A DNA stretch of 64,000 nt from a virus (IMGVR_UViG_3300028260_000001:120333-184332); one strand, 5' to 3'. Positions 7,828-18,373 are shown, counted from the stretch's first letter. Notes: generated by a model not told the origin, from the sequence alone. Made by a program: numbers and translations.

Positions 7828-8796
7828 ATGGACTACATCAAGTATTGTGCGGCTGTCGATGCAGCCGCCTTGCGGTTCGTGAGTGAGGTAGCTGGACTAT
7901 GTTATCTCACCCAACAACAAATCGCAGTGTACATCATCGGACGTACTAATGAGGTCATTCGTGAGGCTTACCCACACGCAGAGATCTCTACCGATTACCG
8001 AACTTATTATGATCTACATGAGCTCGGTGTTTGGGATCATTACGTCACAACTACAATCCAACAAAATGGCCGCGCCTTCTATTACGAGACATTGATCCGT
8101 TACAAAGATGGCGAATACAAACACATCCAAAGAGAGGCACCACTCATCGTGCAATTCCAAGAACGCGCTCAACAATACGCTGTAACTGAATTCCGTGAAC
8201 TGAGTGGGAATTCGTCCCTCTCTACTTCCGAGTTCCTTAACCAACTGGAAGAACGGATCGCAGGGCGACTGGAAGACTACTACAGTCGTGAAGGTTTCGA
8301 AGTGTCCATTACAGCACACATCGGACTGAGTACCAGCTACACCATTCAAATCGAAGATCCAGCAGACGGACAAGAGGTTACCGTGGAAATCAAATCCACT
8401 CCATACGTAGAAGATGCACCTGTAACGCTCCCACCATTCATCCTCGAAGTTGAAGGTGAAAAACGCGGTGAGTGTTTCGAACTGAATATCAAAGATACCA
8501 CCGAAGCACAGGAACGTCTGACCAAAGTACAAGCGATTGTTGAAATCGTTAAACGTACGCAAGACAAACTCAGTGATATCCATTTGGAGCTCGAGGATCG
8601 TCTCGACGAAGAAGGTATTGCTGAGCAGATCCGTATAGACATCCATGCTTGGCTCGGCGCTGTCTTTGGGGAAAAGTTCACGTTCACTGTCCGTGTGGAA
8701 ACTACTGACGAACGTATTACTGTGTACGTCGAAGAAGCGTACAGTGGATGCAAAACTCGTCTCCGTTCAACTCGTAAACTGGAACCACAAGAATGA
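7828..8796 (+). CDS. hypothetical acidic protein
   Basis: 322-aa ORF, start 2 nt after the rtcB stop; no recognisable motif. Confidence 0.55.
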   Translation: MDYIKYCAAVDAAALRFVSEVAGLCYLTQQQIAVYIIGRTNEVIREAYPHAEISTDYRTYYDLHELGVWDHYVTTTIQQNGRAFYYETLIRYKDGEYKHIQREAPLIVQFQERAQQYAVTEFRELSGNSSLSTSEFLNQLEERIAGRLEDYYSREGFEVSITAHIGLSTSYTIQIEDPADGQEVTVEIKSTPYVEDAPVTLPPFILEVEGEKRGECFELNIKDTTEAQERLTKVQAIVEIVKRTQDKLSDIHLELEDRLDEEGIAEQIRIDIHAWLGAVFGEKFTFTVRVETTDERITVYVEEAYSGCKTRLRSTRKLEPQE

Positions 8797-9206
8797 AAAA
8801 GTTTCTCGTAGGTGCATTAGCCCTCGTGATGGTTGGCTGTTCACCTGCCTACGCCGCTAGTGTAGTAGAGCAACATTCCGCTTGGGTAGAAAACGCTAAC
8901 TGCGTACAAGTGGGTAAGAATGAATCCCTCTCGGGTGGCCTCGTAGGAGGCGCCCTGGGTGGTGCTGGGGGTGCACTGGTAGGTAGTATCTTCGGTAAGA
9001 AGGGACGTACCTTAGGTGCTATCGCTGGTGGTCTGGGAGGTGCCGCATATGGTGCCTCTGGCAACAAGATCTACAACTGCACGGTACTAGCTCGTCTGAA
9101 AGATGGCGAGAAAGTAATGGTCTCCAAACAAACAGAACAACCGATCGAACCGAACACTACCATGGGTGTGGTGAAGATGTCCGACGGTTCCTATCAAGCT
9201 CTCTAA
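8793..9206 (+). CDS. glycine-zipper lipoprotein (SlyB/Pcp-like)
   Basis: Signal peptide with lipobox LVMVGC; GGALGGAGGALVGSIFG glycine zipper; ATGA overlap with the upstream gene. Confidence 0.6.
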   Translation: MKKFLVGALALVMVGCSPAYAASVVEQHSAWVENANCVQVGKNESLSGGLVGGALGGAGGALVGSIFGKKGRTLGAIAGGLGGAAYGASGNKIYNCTVLARLKDGEKVMVSKQTEQPIEPNTTMGVVKMSDGSYQAL

Positions 9207-9215
9207 GGTCACAAC

Positions 9216-10985
9216 ATGTCTAACTCTGCTGAATTGATTTCAACGCTTACTTACGCCATCACCGAAGTATCGTGTGGTATGGCTCGACTGCCCGACAACT
9301 TCGGTCTGTTGGTTGCACGCTTCCTGCAAGCTACTCCACTGAACTACAGTGCCGCTACACAAGTAGTAGCTGCTAATACCCACCGGATCTACATCAGTGA
9401 CTTCAAGGACAAAGACTGGTTCTTGGATGTCTATATCAAAGACGACTTCAGTTTCCGTATCGACGGGCCTTATGAGATGTCCCGCGATGTCGCTGAGTGC
9501 ACCGAAGAAGAAATGGGTGAAGCTACTACTGCGCCAGAGCATGATATCGCAGGTGCAATGTCTACGCTGGCAGATGCCTTGCAAGCTGATCCTAGTTACG
9601 CATGGAGCTGGCAATCTAACCTGGCAATGGCCATCGTAGACGAACTTGGCGTCAGTCGTCAGGCGGGAAACAAAGCTGCTGCACGTATCATGCAACACGT
9701 ATTCAAAGTCGATGTCACTCAGATGAAAGAGTACAAAGACATTATTTCTTTCCGCCACATAACGCCACGGTATGTTCCTAACGAGGGAATCAAAGATACC
9801 AGTGTTGCACAAGTAGAAGAAATTCCAGACAATGTGATTCATATCACCGTAACTGGTTTCCAACCAAACTCTGGTGCAGAGGCATTGGCACAGCGTCTAC
9901 CACTGTTCTTGATCGGTGGTGGTTTCACCCATGAGATGAACATTGCCGATACTACCCTGGAACCATCAGAAATCGGTCCACTGCCATCTGATAAGAAAAC
10001 CCATGTGCTTATCACTGGTGTTGAATCTCGTTACCACACTGACATGGTTGGTGATGGCGAAGAAGCCGTAGATGAGTGCGAACCTGATTACGGCTTTGAT
10101 CAACCGGATCTTGGTGAAGACTGCGATGGTATCGATGACTCTCCACGTGAACCGTTCGGTTGCGCTGTCCAAGAACGTCCACGGATGACCATGCGTCTGA
10201 AGCTGGATGACAACGATCCGGATCCAGTGTCCACCATCGAATACTTCCGTGGTCATTACCCAGAGGCTAACCTCGAAGTGGAATACAAGGTCGATCAGTA
10301 TCTGACCGATTGCATCCACAAACAAGCTCGTGCACAGGTTGACCAACCCGATGATGGTTCTGATGAACCGGCGGGTCTGGTAATGCAGAAACCAGTTCAC
10401 CTGCTGAGTGACCCGAGTTCTCGTCGCAATGCTTACCTGTTCAAACGTAACGTAGATGAAGGTGTAACTGTAGCCTTGATGCACGTTGACATCGATGATC
10501 CTGAGTTCGATGTAGAACAGGTCTTGGGTGAAGGTTGGCTGATTGTACATGCTGGTAGTTTGGAAGCTTTCCGTAAAGTTCTCGGTAGCATCGAGTCGGC
10601 ATTGGAATACGCTGATGAGATCTACTGCAACAACGTACGTTGGCTGAACAAGTTTGGTGATGGTGAGAAGATTGAACTCCGTCACCATGAAGGTCCATTC
10701 ACCTTGTTCCATATTGCCCAGGGCAGTATTCCAAAAGAGATCTACGCTCACGTAGAGGATGCCTGGACTGCATTCCAAGATGTCCGTCGACTGCCATCTC
10801 TCGCTGAGGTATTGGGTGATCCATCCATTGTCATTGATGCTAAAGAATACGTCGAGGTAACTCGTGGTGGTTGCATGGTTGTTCGTGAACATCCACGGTT
10901 GGAAGAACTGTTCCTGACGTTCCTGAAATTCAAGGCAACTCAGAACCCGTTGATTGATCGTTGGATTAAGTCCTTCGGGAAATAA
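9216..10985 (+). CDS. hypothetical large acidic protein
   Basis: 589-aa ORF, last gene of the + block, followed by hairpin terminator. Confidence 0.6.
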   Translation: MSNSAELISTLTYAITEVSCGMARLPDNFGLLVARFLQATPLNYSAATQVVAANTHRIYISDFKDKDWFLDVYIKDDFSFRIDGPYEMSRDVAECTEEEMGEATTAPEHDIAGAMSTLADALQADPSYAWSWQSNLAMAIVDELGVSRQAGNKAAARIMQHVFKVDVTQMKEYKDIISFRHITPRYVPNEGIKDTSVAQVEEIPDNVIHITVTGFQPNSGAEALAQRLPLFLIGGGFTHEMNIADTTLEPSEIGPLPSDKKTHVLITGVESRYHTDMVGDGEEAVDECEPDYGFDQPDLGEDCDGIDDSPREPFGCAVQERPRMTMRLKLDDNDPDPVSTIEYFRGHYPEANLEVEYKVDQYLTDCIHKQARAQVDQPDDGSDEPAGLVMQKPVHLLSDPSSRRNAYLFKRNVDEGVTVALMHVDIDDPEFDVEQVLGEGWLIVHAGSLEAFRKVLGSIESALEYADEIYCNNVRWLNKFGDGEKIELRHHEGPFTLFHIAQGSIPKEIYAHVEDAWTAFQDVRRLPSLAEVLGDPSIVIDAKEYVEVTRGGCMVVREHPRLEELFLTFLKFKATQNPLIDRWIKSFGK

Positions 10986-11032
10986 AAAAAAAATAAGGCA
11001 CATTGGCTCTCCCGAAGGAGAGCCTTTATGCC
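10984..11032. terminator. bidirectional intrinsic terminator at the convergence of + and - blocks
   Basis: A10 + GGCTCTCCCGAAGGAGAGCC + TTTATGCC: hairpin with a U-rich tail on both strands (U10 on the minus strand). Confidence 0.7.
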
Positions 11033-11041
11033 GTAACAAAG

Positions 11042-11566
11042 TTACATGGGGGAAAGTTCTACGCCCAGAGGGATAGCACGGACGAATCTGGATTTGCCAT
11101 TCGTCATGAACAGGAACCCTGCAAGTGGGTGACCTACTTCATGAATGTTGAATGACACGAAACCGATGATGTCTTCACGCAACAAATTCGGCCAATGTTC
11201 AACGACGTGATACGTGCAGTCATCAGCCGATTCCTGAAGCTTATCGAAAACTGCATAGAGCTGTTGTCGCTGCTTCGCGCGGGTCAATGCTTCTTGATCC
11301 ACGTTAGCTTGTGATACGAGCTCATTGTAATGAACATGTGCATGACGACTCAGGCACCATTCTTGTGGGTTTGCTGCGCCAGCCAAACCCTTCACGTTAA
11401 TCTTTACACGCATCGGTTCCATCGTACCCGTGACAACGATAGCCACATCGTCATCAAGGCGTTGGATAGCACCGCGCAACAGAGCACCAGTTGCTGCATA
11501 AAACTCAACTGGTACTGACAGATCTTTTTCAGCGTATTGTGCAACCAAAGCTTTAAGCTGAGACAT
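11042..11566 (-). CDS. hypothetical protein
   Basis: ORF 11042-11593; start at MSQLKA (11566) preferred. Confidence 0.5.
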   Translation of the reverse strand: MSQLKALVAQYAEKDLSVPVEFYAATGALLRGAIQRLDDDVAIVVTGTMEPMRVKINVKGLAGAANPQEWCLSRHAHVHYNELVSQANVDQEALTRAKQRQQLYAVFDKLQESADDCTYHVVEHWPNLLREDIIGFVSFNIHEVGHPLAGFLFMTNGKSRFVRAIPLGVELSPM

Positions 11567-11567
11567 A

Positions 11568-11752
11568 TTAAGCACCGAATGGGGTAACCACAAACATTTG
11601 CCAGTCGCGCACTTGCTGACCCACGGTCAGGAATGGATACTCGCATTTGAGATCCAGACCAGTTTTGGTAACGGTGGTTACTTCCGAGCCGTTCAGGTCT
11701 TTGATTTCGAGCTGATACATCGAAGTGTTTTGCAGTTCCACGATCATTTCCT
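11568..11752 (-). CDS. hypothetical small protein (59 aa)
   Basis: Below the ORF-track threshold; AAAGGAAATG RBS; sits 25 nt downstream of promoter-like motif 11779-11795. Confidence 0.3.
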
Positions 11753-11778
11753 TTTTACGTTATTTGGGTATTGCACTA

Positions 11779-11795
11779 ATGTGATATAGATCTGA
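11779..11795 (-). promoter_or_regulatory. promoter-like motif (sense: GATCTATATCACATTAG)
   Basis: Member of the 7-copy CTATAT(T/C)AC family. Confidence 0.4.
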
Positions 11796-11806
11796 GATTG
11801 CTTGGG

Positions 11807-12160
11807 TTATGCCAGGTTGATTTTGTGTATCCCTGTAATATCCAACCCAACCATTACAGTAGCAGCCAAGAAGAAGACGAGTAAAATGGCTGAACCACCG
11901 ACCAGAATGGTAGCGTTGATTTTGTTATCCCAGAGCAACCGATTCTTGTGGTTGGTGTACAGTGCACTGCGGATAAGATTGTTAGGATCTTGACCCAAGG
12001 CGATAACCGCCGACCAGTCCCTGTCCTTTTTCCACATGCGCATAACTTCTTTGCTTGGGCGGAAAGTGAAGTCAATGTAAAAAGACATGAACATCCACCA
12101 AACACATAACGCCACTACGCTTCCTAGGAAGCCGTAAAAGACGATTTTATCTAACAACAT
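11807..12160 (-). CDS. hypothetical membrane protein
   Basis: Two predicted TM segments. Confidence 0.5.
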   Translation of the reverse strand: MLLDKIVFYGFLGSVVALCVWWMFMSFYIDFTFRPSKEVMRMWKKDRDWSAVIALGQDPNNLIRSALYTNHKNRLLWDNKINATILVGGSAILLVFFLAATVMVGLDITGIHKINLA

Positions 12161-12303
12161 ACACTGAGTCCCTTAATCAATTCATAAAGCGCTACAGCCA
12201 TTACAGAGGCTATGAACGCTATCATTGCGTAACGTTGCGCGGTGTCGAGCCGACGATCTTTCTGACGACGCTTCATCCTGTCTTGTAATGGGTTCAACAT
12301 AAA

Positions 12304-13032
12304 TCAATCCTCGTTGAGGTACTTCAATTCAGCCTCTACCCCAGAAAGGTCAATACGTGATTGCACACGCTTCAAGATGAACTCCATCTGCCGTTCAGAC
12401 AACCGACGATCATACGTCAGTTTGCCTGTGGCAATTTCGTAAGTGTCAAAGTTGCGCGATACGGTGTCTGTCTTTGCGGCAGCAATAACGAATGCTTCCA
12501 ACGCCGTCAGTCTGGTAGCCCCCTTCTCTTGGGTCTTCGGTATATTGAAGCGAATACCATTTACAGCGTGAACACCTGAACCCATGTGGGCGAAGTTCTT
12601 AAAACGAGCATGTTCAATGCGATCACCGTTATCGGCACTGAGGATATGGTGCGTACCCTCTTCAGTATGAACTAACACCGTTGTCGCCCCACTGAAGATA
12701 CGCCGTTCAGACTTGGGTTGGATATTAGCTTCAACCTTCATGTAATCCGAAAGATCAACTCCCTGGGTTAGTGCACCAAACATGTCGAGCTCATTACGTG
12801 CATCGCCAGCTAAGGCTATTAGCTTGATGGCCTCACCATTGTACTTACCCTTAGGCAGCGTGTAAAGCTTGAGGCAATCATTATGCCACGTAGTCTTACC
12901 CGGATGGCGTTTATGGAAATCCATAGAGCCGTCGTCATTAGGTTGCTGTCGTCCGACGATGTTATTGCCTTCGATGGTTTGCACCAAACGGTCAGCAATA
13001 ATGAAATGGCGGTCAGCTACGATGTATGTCAT
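12304..13032 (-). CDS. hypothetical protein
   Basis: 242-aa ORF in the minus array. Confidence 0.55.
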   Translation of the reverse strand: MTYIVADRHFIIADRLVQTIEGNNIVGRQQPNDDGSMDFHKRHPGKTTWHNDCLKLYTLPKGKYNGEAIKLIALAGDARNELDMFGALTQGVDLSDYMKVEANIQPKSERRIFSGATTVLVHTEEGTHHILSADNGDRIEHARFKNFAHMGSGVHAVNGIRFNIPKTQEKGATRLTALEAFVIAAAKTDTVSRNFDTYEIATGKLTYDRRLSERQMEFILKRVQSRIDLSGVEAELKYLNED

Positions 13033-13247
13033 TTGCGATCAGTCCACTTGCAATATTCATAGAACCCTAGGAAACACAAACCCAGAATAACTTTACCGAT
13101 AAGTGGTTTCCAACCATCTTCACCATTTATGGGTAGGATCTCTAACCCGTACGTCCATTCCATGCCTAGAGTGAATAGCCAGACACAGAAAATGAATAGT
13201 GCTACCTTGGCAATCTCTAAGGCAGCAATCGTCAGGAACTCTCTCAT
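13029..13247 (-). CDS. hypothetical membrane protein
   Basis: TM-rich 72 aa; ATGA overlap. Confidence 0.45.
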   Translation of the reverse strand: MREFLTIAALEIAKVALFIFCVWLFTLGMEWTYGLEILPINGEDGWKPLIGKVILGLCFLGFYEYCKWTDRK

Positions 13248-13263
13248 TTACAATCCTTAAGGC

Positions 13264-13289
13264 GGCATAAAGCCCAGCCTAAGCTGGGC
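13264..13289 (-). repeat. hairpin cassette (GGCATAAA + GCCCAGC-CTAA-GCTGGGC)
   Basis: Sense strand: hairpin + TTTATGCC. Confidence 0.5.
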
Positions 13290-13394
13290 CTTTAAATAGG
13301 TGGGATGCGTCGTGGCACCAACACAAGGACGGGTACTTGTTTAGCGCTGGGAGATGTTCCACGGAATCCCGATTCGTTTACATATAATGGTGCA

Positions 13395-13703
13395 TCAAGT
13401 ACTTTTAGCAACAAAGCACTTAATCGCCACAATGCAACCTTCGAGTCGGGAACCTTCATCTCCCCACACACGTTCCAGGAACCAGCCACCTTTAAGGTAG
13501 GTTTCCTTGAGCCAGAACCACAGTTCATCTGAATGGATCTGTGCTGGTGGATCGAAGTCAACCTGGACATAGGAATGATTACGATTGTCTTCCTGCAACG
13601 TGTTATAGAGAATACCATTGTTTAGCTTGTCAGTGACAGCGGTGATCTCGTCTTTGTAGCGGGTAGCTATCCGTTCTTGTTTAGTTGGGATTTCGATTTG
13701 CAT
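13395..13703 (-). CDS. hypothetical protein
   Basis: Preferred over the overlapping alternative frame 13292-13618. Confidence 0.45.
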   Translation of the reverse strand: MQIEIPTKQERIATRYKDEITAVTDKLNNGILYNTLQEDNRNHSYVQVDFDPPAQIHSDELWFWLKETYLKGGWFLERVWGDEGSRLEGCIVAIKCFVAKST

Positions 13704-13934
13704 TTACTTTCTCCAGTTATGGGCAGACCAGCGCATACCCATGTAAGCTACTCGGGCAGTGATGACCATAATAGGAACACTGATGAACACTGTCCACCAC
13801 GGCAAAGCTTTAGCCCCGAAGATAGCGAACAATGAGAAGAAACAAAATACGGCTACCCATGAAGAAAGAATCGCCACCGAAGTGATGGCGATCATTTTCA
13901 GTTCCCGTAACACCTTTTTCCGTAAATCAATCAT
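13704..13934 (-). CDS. hypothetical small membrane protein
   Basis: Start placed at MIDLRKK; two TM helices. Confidence 0.4.
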   Translation of the reverse strand: MIDLRKKVLRELKMIAITSVAILSSWVAVFCFFSLFAIFGAKALPWWTVFISVPIMVITARVAYMGMRWSAHNWRK

Positions 13935-14382
13935 ACACCGGTGTACCGAAGAAGTTGAAGGTGTGGAAGTTCTGGATGCGATGGCGGAACTTCTCGATCT
14001 GCTCCAAGAAGAATTCCTTGGTGTAGTGCTTACGAGAGCCATAGCGTTCCACGTTCTTGATGTCGCGTTCCGTTACCGTGATCGCTTCATTGCACAGCGT
14101 GCGACGCAGATAAGCGATAGCGTCGTTACGGTTCTCCAGAGCTCGTTCTTGCATTACTTGCACATTCAAGCGCAAGATGCTTCCGGAGTCTGGGCAGCTG
14201 ATCGTCAGGAACGGCGATACCTCACCGCTTTCTGGTACGACCATACGTACAACGGTGTTGTCACCGAAGTTAACGTGCTCGCCTTCTTCATACTGGCGAC
14301 GGATCACAGTAGCTTTGCAAGCAAAGCGAAGGAACGTTTGGAATTGGAACGGGAGTTCTTGCTCACTGAATGTATAGTTCAT
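13927..14382 (-). CDS. hypothetical protein
   Basis: 151-aa ORF. Confidence 0.5.
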   Translation of the reverse strand: MNYTFSEQELPFQFQTFLRFACKATVIRRQYEEGEHVNFGDNTVVRMVVPESGEVSPFLTISCPDSGSILRLNVQVMQERALENRNDAIAYLRRTLCNEAITVTERDIKNVERYGSRKHYTKEFFLEQIEKFRHRIQNFHTFNFFGTPVYD

Positions 14383-14410
14383 AAATATCCTCTTCTGGCC
14401 TAGTTAACAA

Positions 14411-14435
14411 CATAAAGCCTACCCGAAGGTAGGCT
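14411..14435 (-). repeat. hairpin cassette (CATAAAG + AGCCTACC-CGAA-GGTAGGCT)
   Basis: UUCG loop on the sense strand; lies in the 5' leader of the 13927 gene. Confidence 0.5.
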
Positions 14436-14604
14436 GTCTATAGCGTCTGGCATTCCAGAACGCAGGTATCAGTCGATGAAAGACACCAGCGGGTGTAAGG
14501 AATCTAACCTTACTAGTTGTTCAGCAATAAATTGTTAAAGAGCATCAAGAGAAAGGAAACAACACATGCAGTATCACCACATATATAGTTGTACTCAATT
14601 CTCA

Positions 14605-15039
14605 TTATACGGGTTCTCTCTTGGGAGGGTCTTCGAGTGTCCAGTCCAAATTTGTTGGGGATTCCCGATGCTCACCTTTCGGTTTGAATTGACACCGGGT
14701 GATCCGTCCCTCGTGGCGCACCAACGAACAAGACGCGTCTAAGACAACCTCATATTGCCTTTGCAATCGCAAGAGTTCAACGCTGAGTACTGTGTGTTCT
14801 AAGATCTCACCTAAAGCTGCTTCTCTGCGCTCTGGTAAATTCTCAGCTCGTCCCCAATCAATGATGATCTCAAAGATTGTAGCTCCATACTCAGGATGAT
14901 AACCGTACTGACGAATGGTGTATAGGTCGGTGACCTTGTCTGCGTAGGACTCCAAACACGTTAACGGTTCATTCGTCACTTGAGTGAACGTCAAAGGTTT
15001 GGGCGTAGGTGTAATTTCAACCAACACCAAGTGAGACAT
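14605..15039 (-). CDS. hypothetical protein
   Basis: 144 aa. Confidence 0.5.
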   Translation of the reverse strand: MSHLVLVEITPTPKPLTFTQVTNEPLTCLESYADKVTDLYTIRQYGYHPEYGATIFEIIIDWGRAENLPERREAALGEILEHTVLSVELLRLQRQYEVVLDASCSLVRHEGRITRCQFKPKGEHRESPTNLDWTLEDPPKREPV

Positions 15040-15689
15040 TATGCCTCCTTGCGTTTGTTCCGTGTACGATCAGCTGTCCGATCTACTTGGACGAAGTCAG
15101 CATCGTCTTCATCAAAGATCTCAGGAAACTGCCGGGTCAACGCTCGCGTAATCATACGCTTTGCAACTTCAGCGTCGATGTAGTTATACAGGATCACACC
15201 ACGGTGGTAAAGGAAGAAGTGATACCAACGTCCGTTCATTCGGACTTCACCCTCAAAACCACCGTAAGAAAGCGTATCAGCATTGTGATGCTCACGGTAC
15301 ACGTCCAGTTGCACATTACCATCGGTATGTAATTGCAGCAGGTCATTACCCATGCCACCGAAGATAGTCGGACGTTTACGTGAACTTACCACGTCACTAA
15401 TGGAATCCATCAGACGTGGCATATCTGTAACCAGTTCTTGGATATCGCAGATCTTATCTAGACCATTGCGAATCTCGGCTTCGATTTCATCACGGGTCTC
15501 TACAGACCAATGTTGAACAGGTGCCTCCAGGATGTGGACACCAAACCAAGCGAAGCCGTTGTTGTGTTTGACTTTGATGCAAAGGTGGGGAATGTTCCCC
15601 TCACCATACTGCCTGTTAACGGTATATTGTTCAATCCGTTTTAGGAGTATCCTGATTGTATCAGGGACCTCCACGATGTGTGCTGACAT
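15039..15689 (-). CDS. hypothetical protein
   Basis: 216 aa. Confidence 0.55.
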   Translation of the reverse strand: MSAHIVEVPDTIRILLKRIEQYTVNRQYGEGNIPHLCIKVKHNNGFAWFGVHILEAPVQHWSVETRDEIEAEIRNGLDKICDIQELVTDMPRLMDSISDVVSSRKRPTIFGGMGNDLLQLHTDGNVQLDVYREHHNADTLSYGGFEGEVRMNGRWYHFFLYHRGVILYNYIDAEVAKRMITRALTRQFPEIFDEDDADFVQVDRTADRTRNKRKEA

Positions 15690-15765
15690 GATAATAAAAC
15701 CTTTTGGAAACTTGAGAATTCTTTAAAGCAAACATTTTGCTCACCAGATAATAAACGGCAGTAGA

Positions 15766-16437
15766 TTAATCTACTGCCTTGAAGTTGAGGTTAACTCCGT
15801 ATTTGGAGTTGTCGATATATTCTTGCCGCTTCTTCCACTCGTCTTCACGATCAGTGAAGTTGCAGATGAAGTGGATCTCGAAACCACGTTGGTTCAGGAT
15901 ATCCGAAGCCTGATCCGTAACGAAGTCGTTCAGCTTTTCATTGCGGCTACCACCGGCCATGTTTACCAGCCGGACGTAGAAGTTGTTCAGCAGGGTCGAT
16001 TCAGCAATCCCTACTTGACGATTCGTCAGCACGAAATAGGCATGGGTGCTATTGTGACGCACCACGTACAGCGAACCAGCGCCAGTCTTGTCGATCTGTT
16101 TACGGGAAGCCAGCAGCTCCGCCTCGTACAGTTCGTTTTCCAGCTCTTGTGCAGAGAAGCGCAGCGGTTGGGTCAGGAACCACAGTTCCAGTTCGGCACC
16201 ACGTTGTTTAGCTTTCTTCACGCAATCAGCACCAGCCCCCGACTTGCTGTGGAAGTTGTTGATGATCGACGCGTAGTTGCTGGTCTCACCCAGCCACACT
16301 TCACCGGTATCGCCAATGATGATACCGAAGAAACCACCCTTTGCAGATTTCGGTGCAGTGCGTTGTTTGGTGTAATCCGCCATGTAACGACGCAGGATAC
16401 CACGGCTGATTTCACGGTTAGTCTTAACTTCTGCCAC
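15766..16437 (-). CDS. hypothetical protein with weak GIY-YIG-like N-terminus
   Basis: GFFGIIIGDTGEVWLGETSN loosely resembles GIY...YIG; weak. Confidence 0.5.
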   Translation of the reverse strand: MAEVKTNREISRGILRRYMADYTKQRTAPKSAKGGFFGIIIGDTGEVWLGETSNYASIINNFHSKSGAGADCVKKAKQRGAELELWFLTQPLRFSAQELENELYEAELLASRKQIDKTGAGSLYVVRHNSTHAYFVLTNRQVGIAESTLLNNFYVRLVNMAGGSRNEKLNDFVTDQASDILNQRGFEIHFICNFTDREDEWKKRQEYIDNSKYGVNLNFKAVD

Positions 16438-16483
16438 TTTTATTTACTCCTAATGTGGTGTATCTACAGCTGTTATATAGCTG

Positions 16484-16861
16484 TTAATTGTTTTTCAATT
16501 CTTCTTTGCGTGCTTCTTCTACACGCTTAGCCAAGTCTTTACGCCATTCTTCAAACGGCATGTACTTTACTTGTTGCACACTGGTTTGATGGCAACGTTC
16601 CATTACGCCATACGGAACAACAGCTTCACCAGTACGGTTTTGTTCGTAAAGCCATTTGTCCATGCAGTTACTGAGCATCGCATGACGCTCCGCGAGTCTC
16701 GGGGTTACTTCGAAGTTTACCCACAAGGCCAGGTCTTGGTCAAGAGCCGTATTAGAAGAAGCTTGGAAGAGATCTTTTGGATTGGTCACGATCTTTGCTA
16801 CACACAGCAGGCAGATGATTACCAACGCGCCAAAGCCAGCCCAACGAATATGTCCACGCAT
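16484..16861 (-). CDS. hypothetical membrane-anchored protein
   Basis: N-terminal TM; TTTAGGGATTTAACATG RBS. Confidence 0.5.
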   Translation of the reverse strand: MRGHIRWAGFGALVIICLLCVAKIVTNPKDLFQASSNTALDQDLALWVNFEVTPRLAERHAMLSNCMDKWLYEQNRTGEAVVPYGVMERCHQTSVQQVKYMPFEEWRKDLAKRVEEARKEELKNN

Positions 16862-16877
16862 GTTAAATCCCTAAACG

Positions 16878-16911
16878 AAATAAAGCAGCCCCGTAGGGCT
16901 GCATTTATGCC
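16878..16911. repeat. hairpin cassette (AAATAAAGC + GCAGCCC-CGTA-GGGCTGC + ATTTATGCC)
   Basis: Flanks symmetric; UACG loop on the minus strand. Confidence 0.5.
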
Positions 16912-17114
16912 ACGACTTCAGTAAAGTGAATCACAGACATTGGTGGGCAATTGTCATTGCTGCCACGCATGTAGTAATACCCAGCCAAAGTTTCGTGTGG
17001 TTTGATTACACGGAATGAATCACCCTTTTCACCGAGAACGATGTGCGAACGCCCTTTAAGCGCTTTGACTGCCAACCGCTCACGCAGAGTGACTACTTGA
17101 TTCTTTTCTAGCAT
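16905..17114 (-). CDS. hypothetical small protein
   Basis: 69 aa. Confidence 0.4.
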   Translation of the reverse strand: MLEKNQVVTLRERLAVKALKGRSHIVLGEKGDSFRVIKPHETLAGYYYMRGSNDNCPPMSVIHFTEVVA

Positions 17115-17148
17115 TGAATATACCTGATGTTGTTTACATCAGATGATG

Positions 17149-18066
17149 TTACCAGGTATATTTTTCGTCCCAGAACATTTTCTTCGTAATGGCATGGAAC
17201 TCGCGCCACTCTTCATTCCACACGCCGGTACGCGCATTTGGCAAACGCCACATGGTATCGTCATGCTTAAGGTCGAGTGTCAGCATTACTTTCTTCCACC
17301 CATTGCGAATCTTACGAAGCTGAGTAGCTACCGAGTAACGTACGGCACGGTTGTTACTGGCGGATTCTTTTGTAATACCAGGGCCACCGTCAATACGGAT
17401 ACCCAGGCGAATAGCTTCAGCTACCAACTCAGCAGTTGCACGTTCCCAGCGTACGACACGTTCAGCAATCGTCATGTGTACATCCATGCGATAGTTCTGA
17501 CCACCTGGAGTCATTGACATCCAATCTGGAAAACGGACGCTAACAAAATGCATGTAATCCGGATTGTCTTTATGCTTATTCAGGTGTTGGATCAAGCATT
17601 CACTAGTTTCTTTTGGTTCAGGTTCTGGTGCATCTGCCAGAGTTTTCATCTTGTTAGATGCTCTGTTGTGAATAGAATTACCTACGATGAAAGCTTTAAG
17701 TGCTACGCGGAATTCTTCCCACAAGCGCATATCTTCTTTGGTTTCAGGGACAGCCCACTCTTCAACTGCAGACCAGACCTTTTGAATTTTGCAGACGTTC
17801 TTCCACGACTTACGATCTTCGCGGAAGGTACCATGTTCAAGATAACGTTGCAGCAAACTGATCGCGCTATAACGCCGATGCTTCTTACCAGCCAACCCAA
17901 CATGGTTTACATCTAGCTCCTTCGCTTCATACAACAGAGCGAAAGCAGCTGCGTGAACCATTTTGATCCGATATTCCATCGGCTTGGTCAGGTCGTAGTT
18001 AATACCACCTGGGAAGTGCGATTGAAAAGTTGGTTGAGAAACAGTCAGGAACGATACGAGTGTCAT
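17149..18066 (-). CDS. hypothetical protein
   Basis: Start placed at MTLVSF so that it abuts the upstream stop. Confidence 0.55.
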   Translation of the reverse strand: MTLVSFLTVSQPTFQSHFPGGINYDLTKPMEYRIKMVHAAAFALLYEAKELDVNHVGLAGKKHRRYSAISLLQRYLEHGTFREDRKSWKNVCKIQKVWSAVEEWAVPETKEDMRLWEEFRVALKAFIVGNSIHNRASNKMKTLADAPEPEPKETSECLIQHLNKHKDNPDYMHFVSVRFPDWMSMTPGGQNYRMDVHMTIAERVVRWERATAELVAEAIRLGIRIDGGPGITKESASNNRAVRYSVATQLRKIRNGWKKVMLTLDLKHDDTMWRLPNARTGVWNEEWREFHAITKKMFWDEKYTW

Positions 18067-18067
18067 G

Positions 18068-18373
18068 TTAAGCCTTATTTTGAAATGCTGAGAGACCGGC
18101 GATAATGCGTACAACAGATTCCTTTACAACAGGGCGTTCCCGATGATAGATCGGGAGTTGTTGGTTACTAAGGTACTCAATCAACAGTTCCTTATTTACC
18201 TTACCCAAGTGCTTGACACGAATGATGTCTTCTACCAGTTCACCCTTCTTGTTCAAAGAACGGTAGACAGTAAGAACGAAGCAGTAGCCGTCTACTTCAT
18301 CAAACATGTCTTCTTCAGCCACGAACGTGTTATTCGCAGCTTTATACCACGGGATATAAACTTTACCTTGCAT
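18068..18373 (-). CDS. hypothetical protein
   Basis: 101 aa. Confidence 0.45.
   Translation of the reverse strand: MQGKVYIPWYKAANNTFVAEEDMFDEVDGYCFVLTVYRSLNKKGELVEDIIRVKHLGKVNKELLIEYLSNQQLPIYHRERPVVKESVVRIIAGLSAFQNKA

Noticed and set aside
13292-13618. Alternative-frame ORF overlapping 13395-13703. Also 43283-43600, which overlaps 43470-43796.
   Set aside because: The competing frames give more protein-like sequences and fit the tandem end-to-start gene arrangement.
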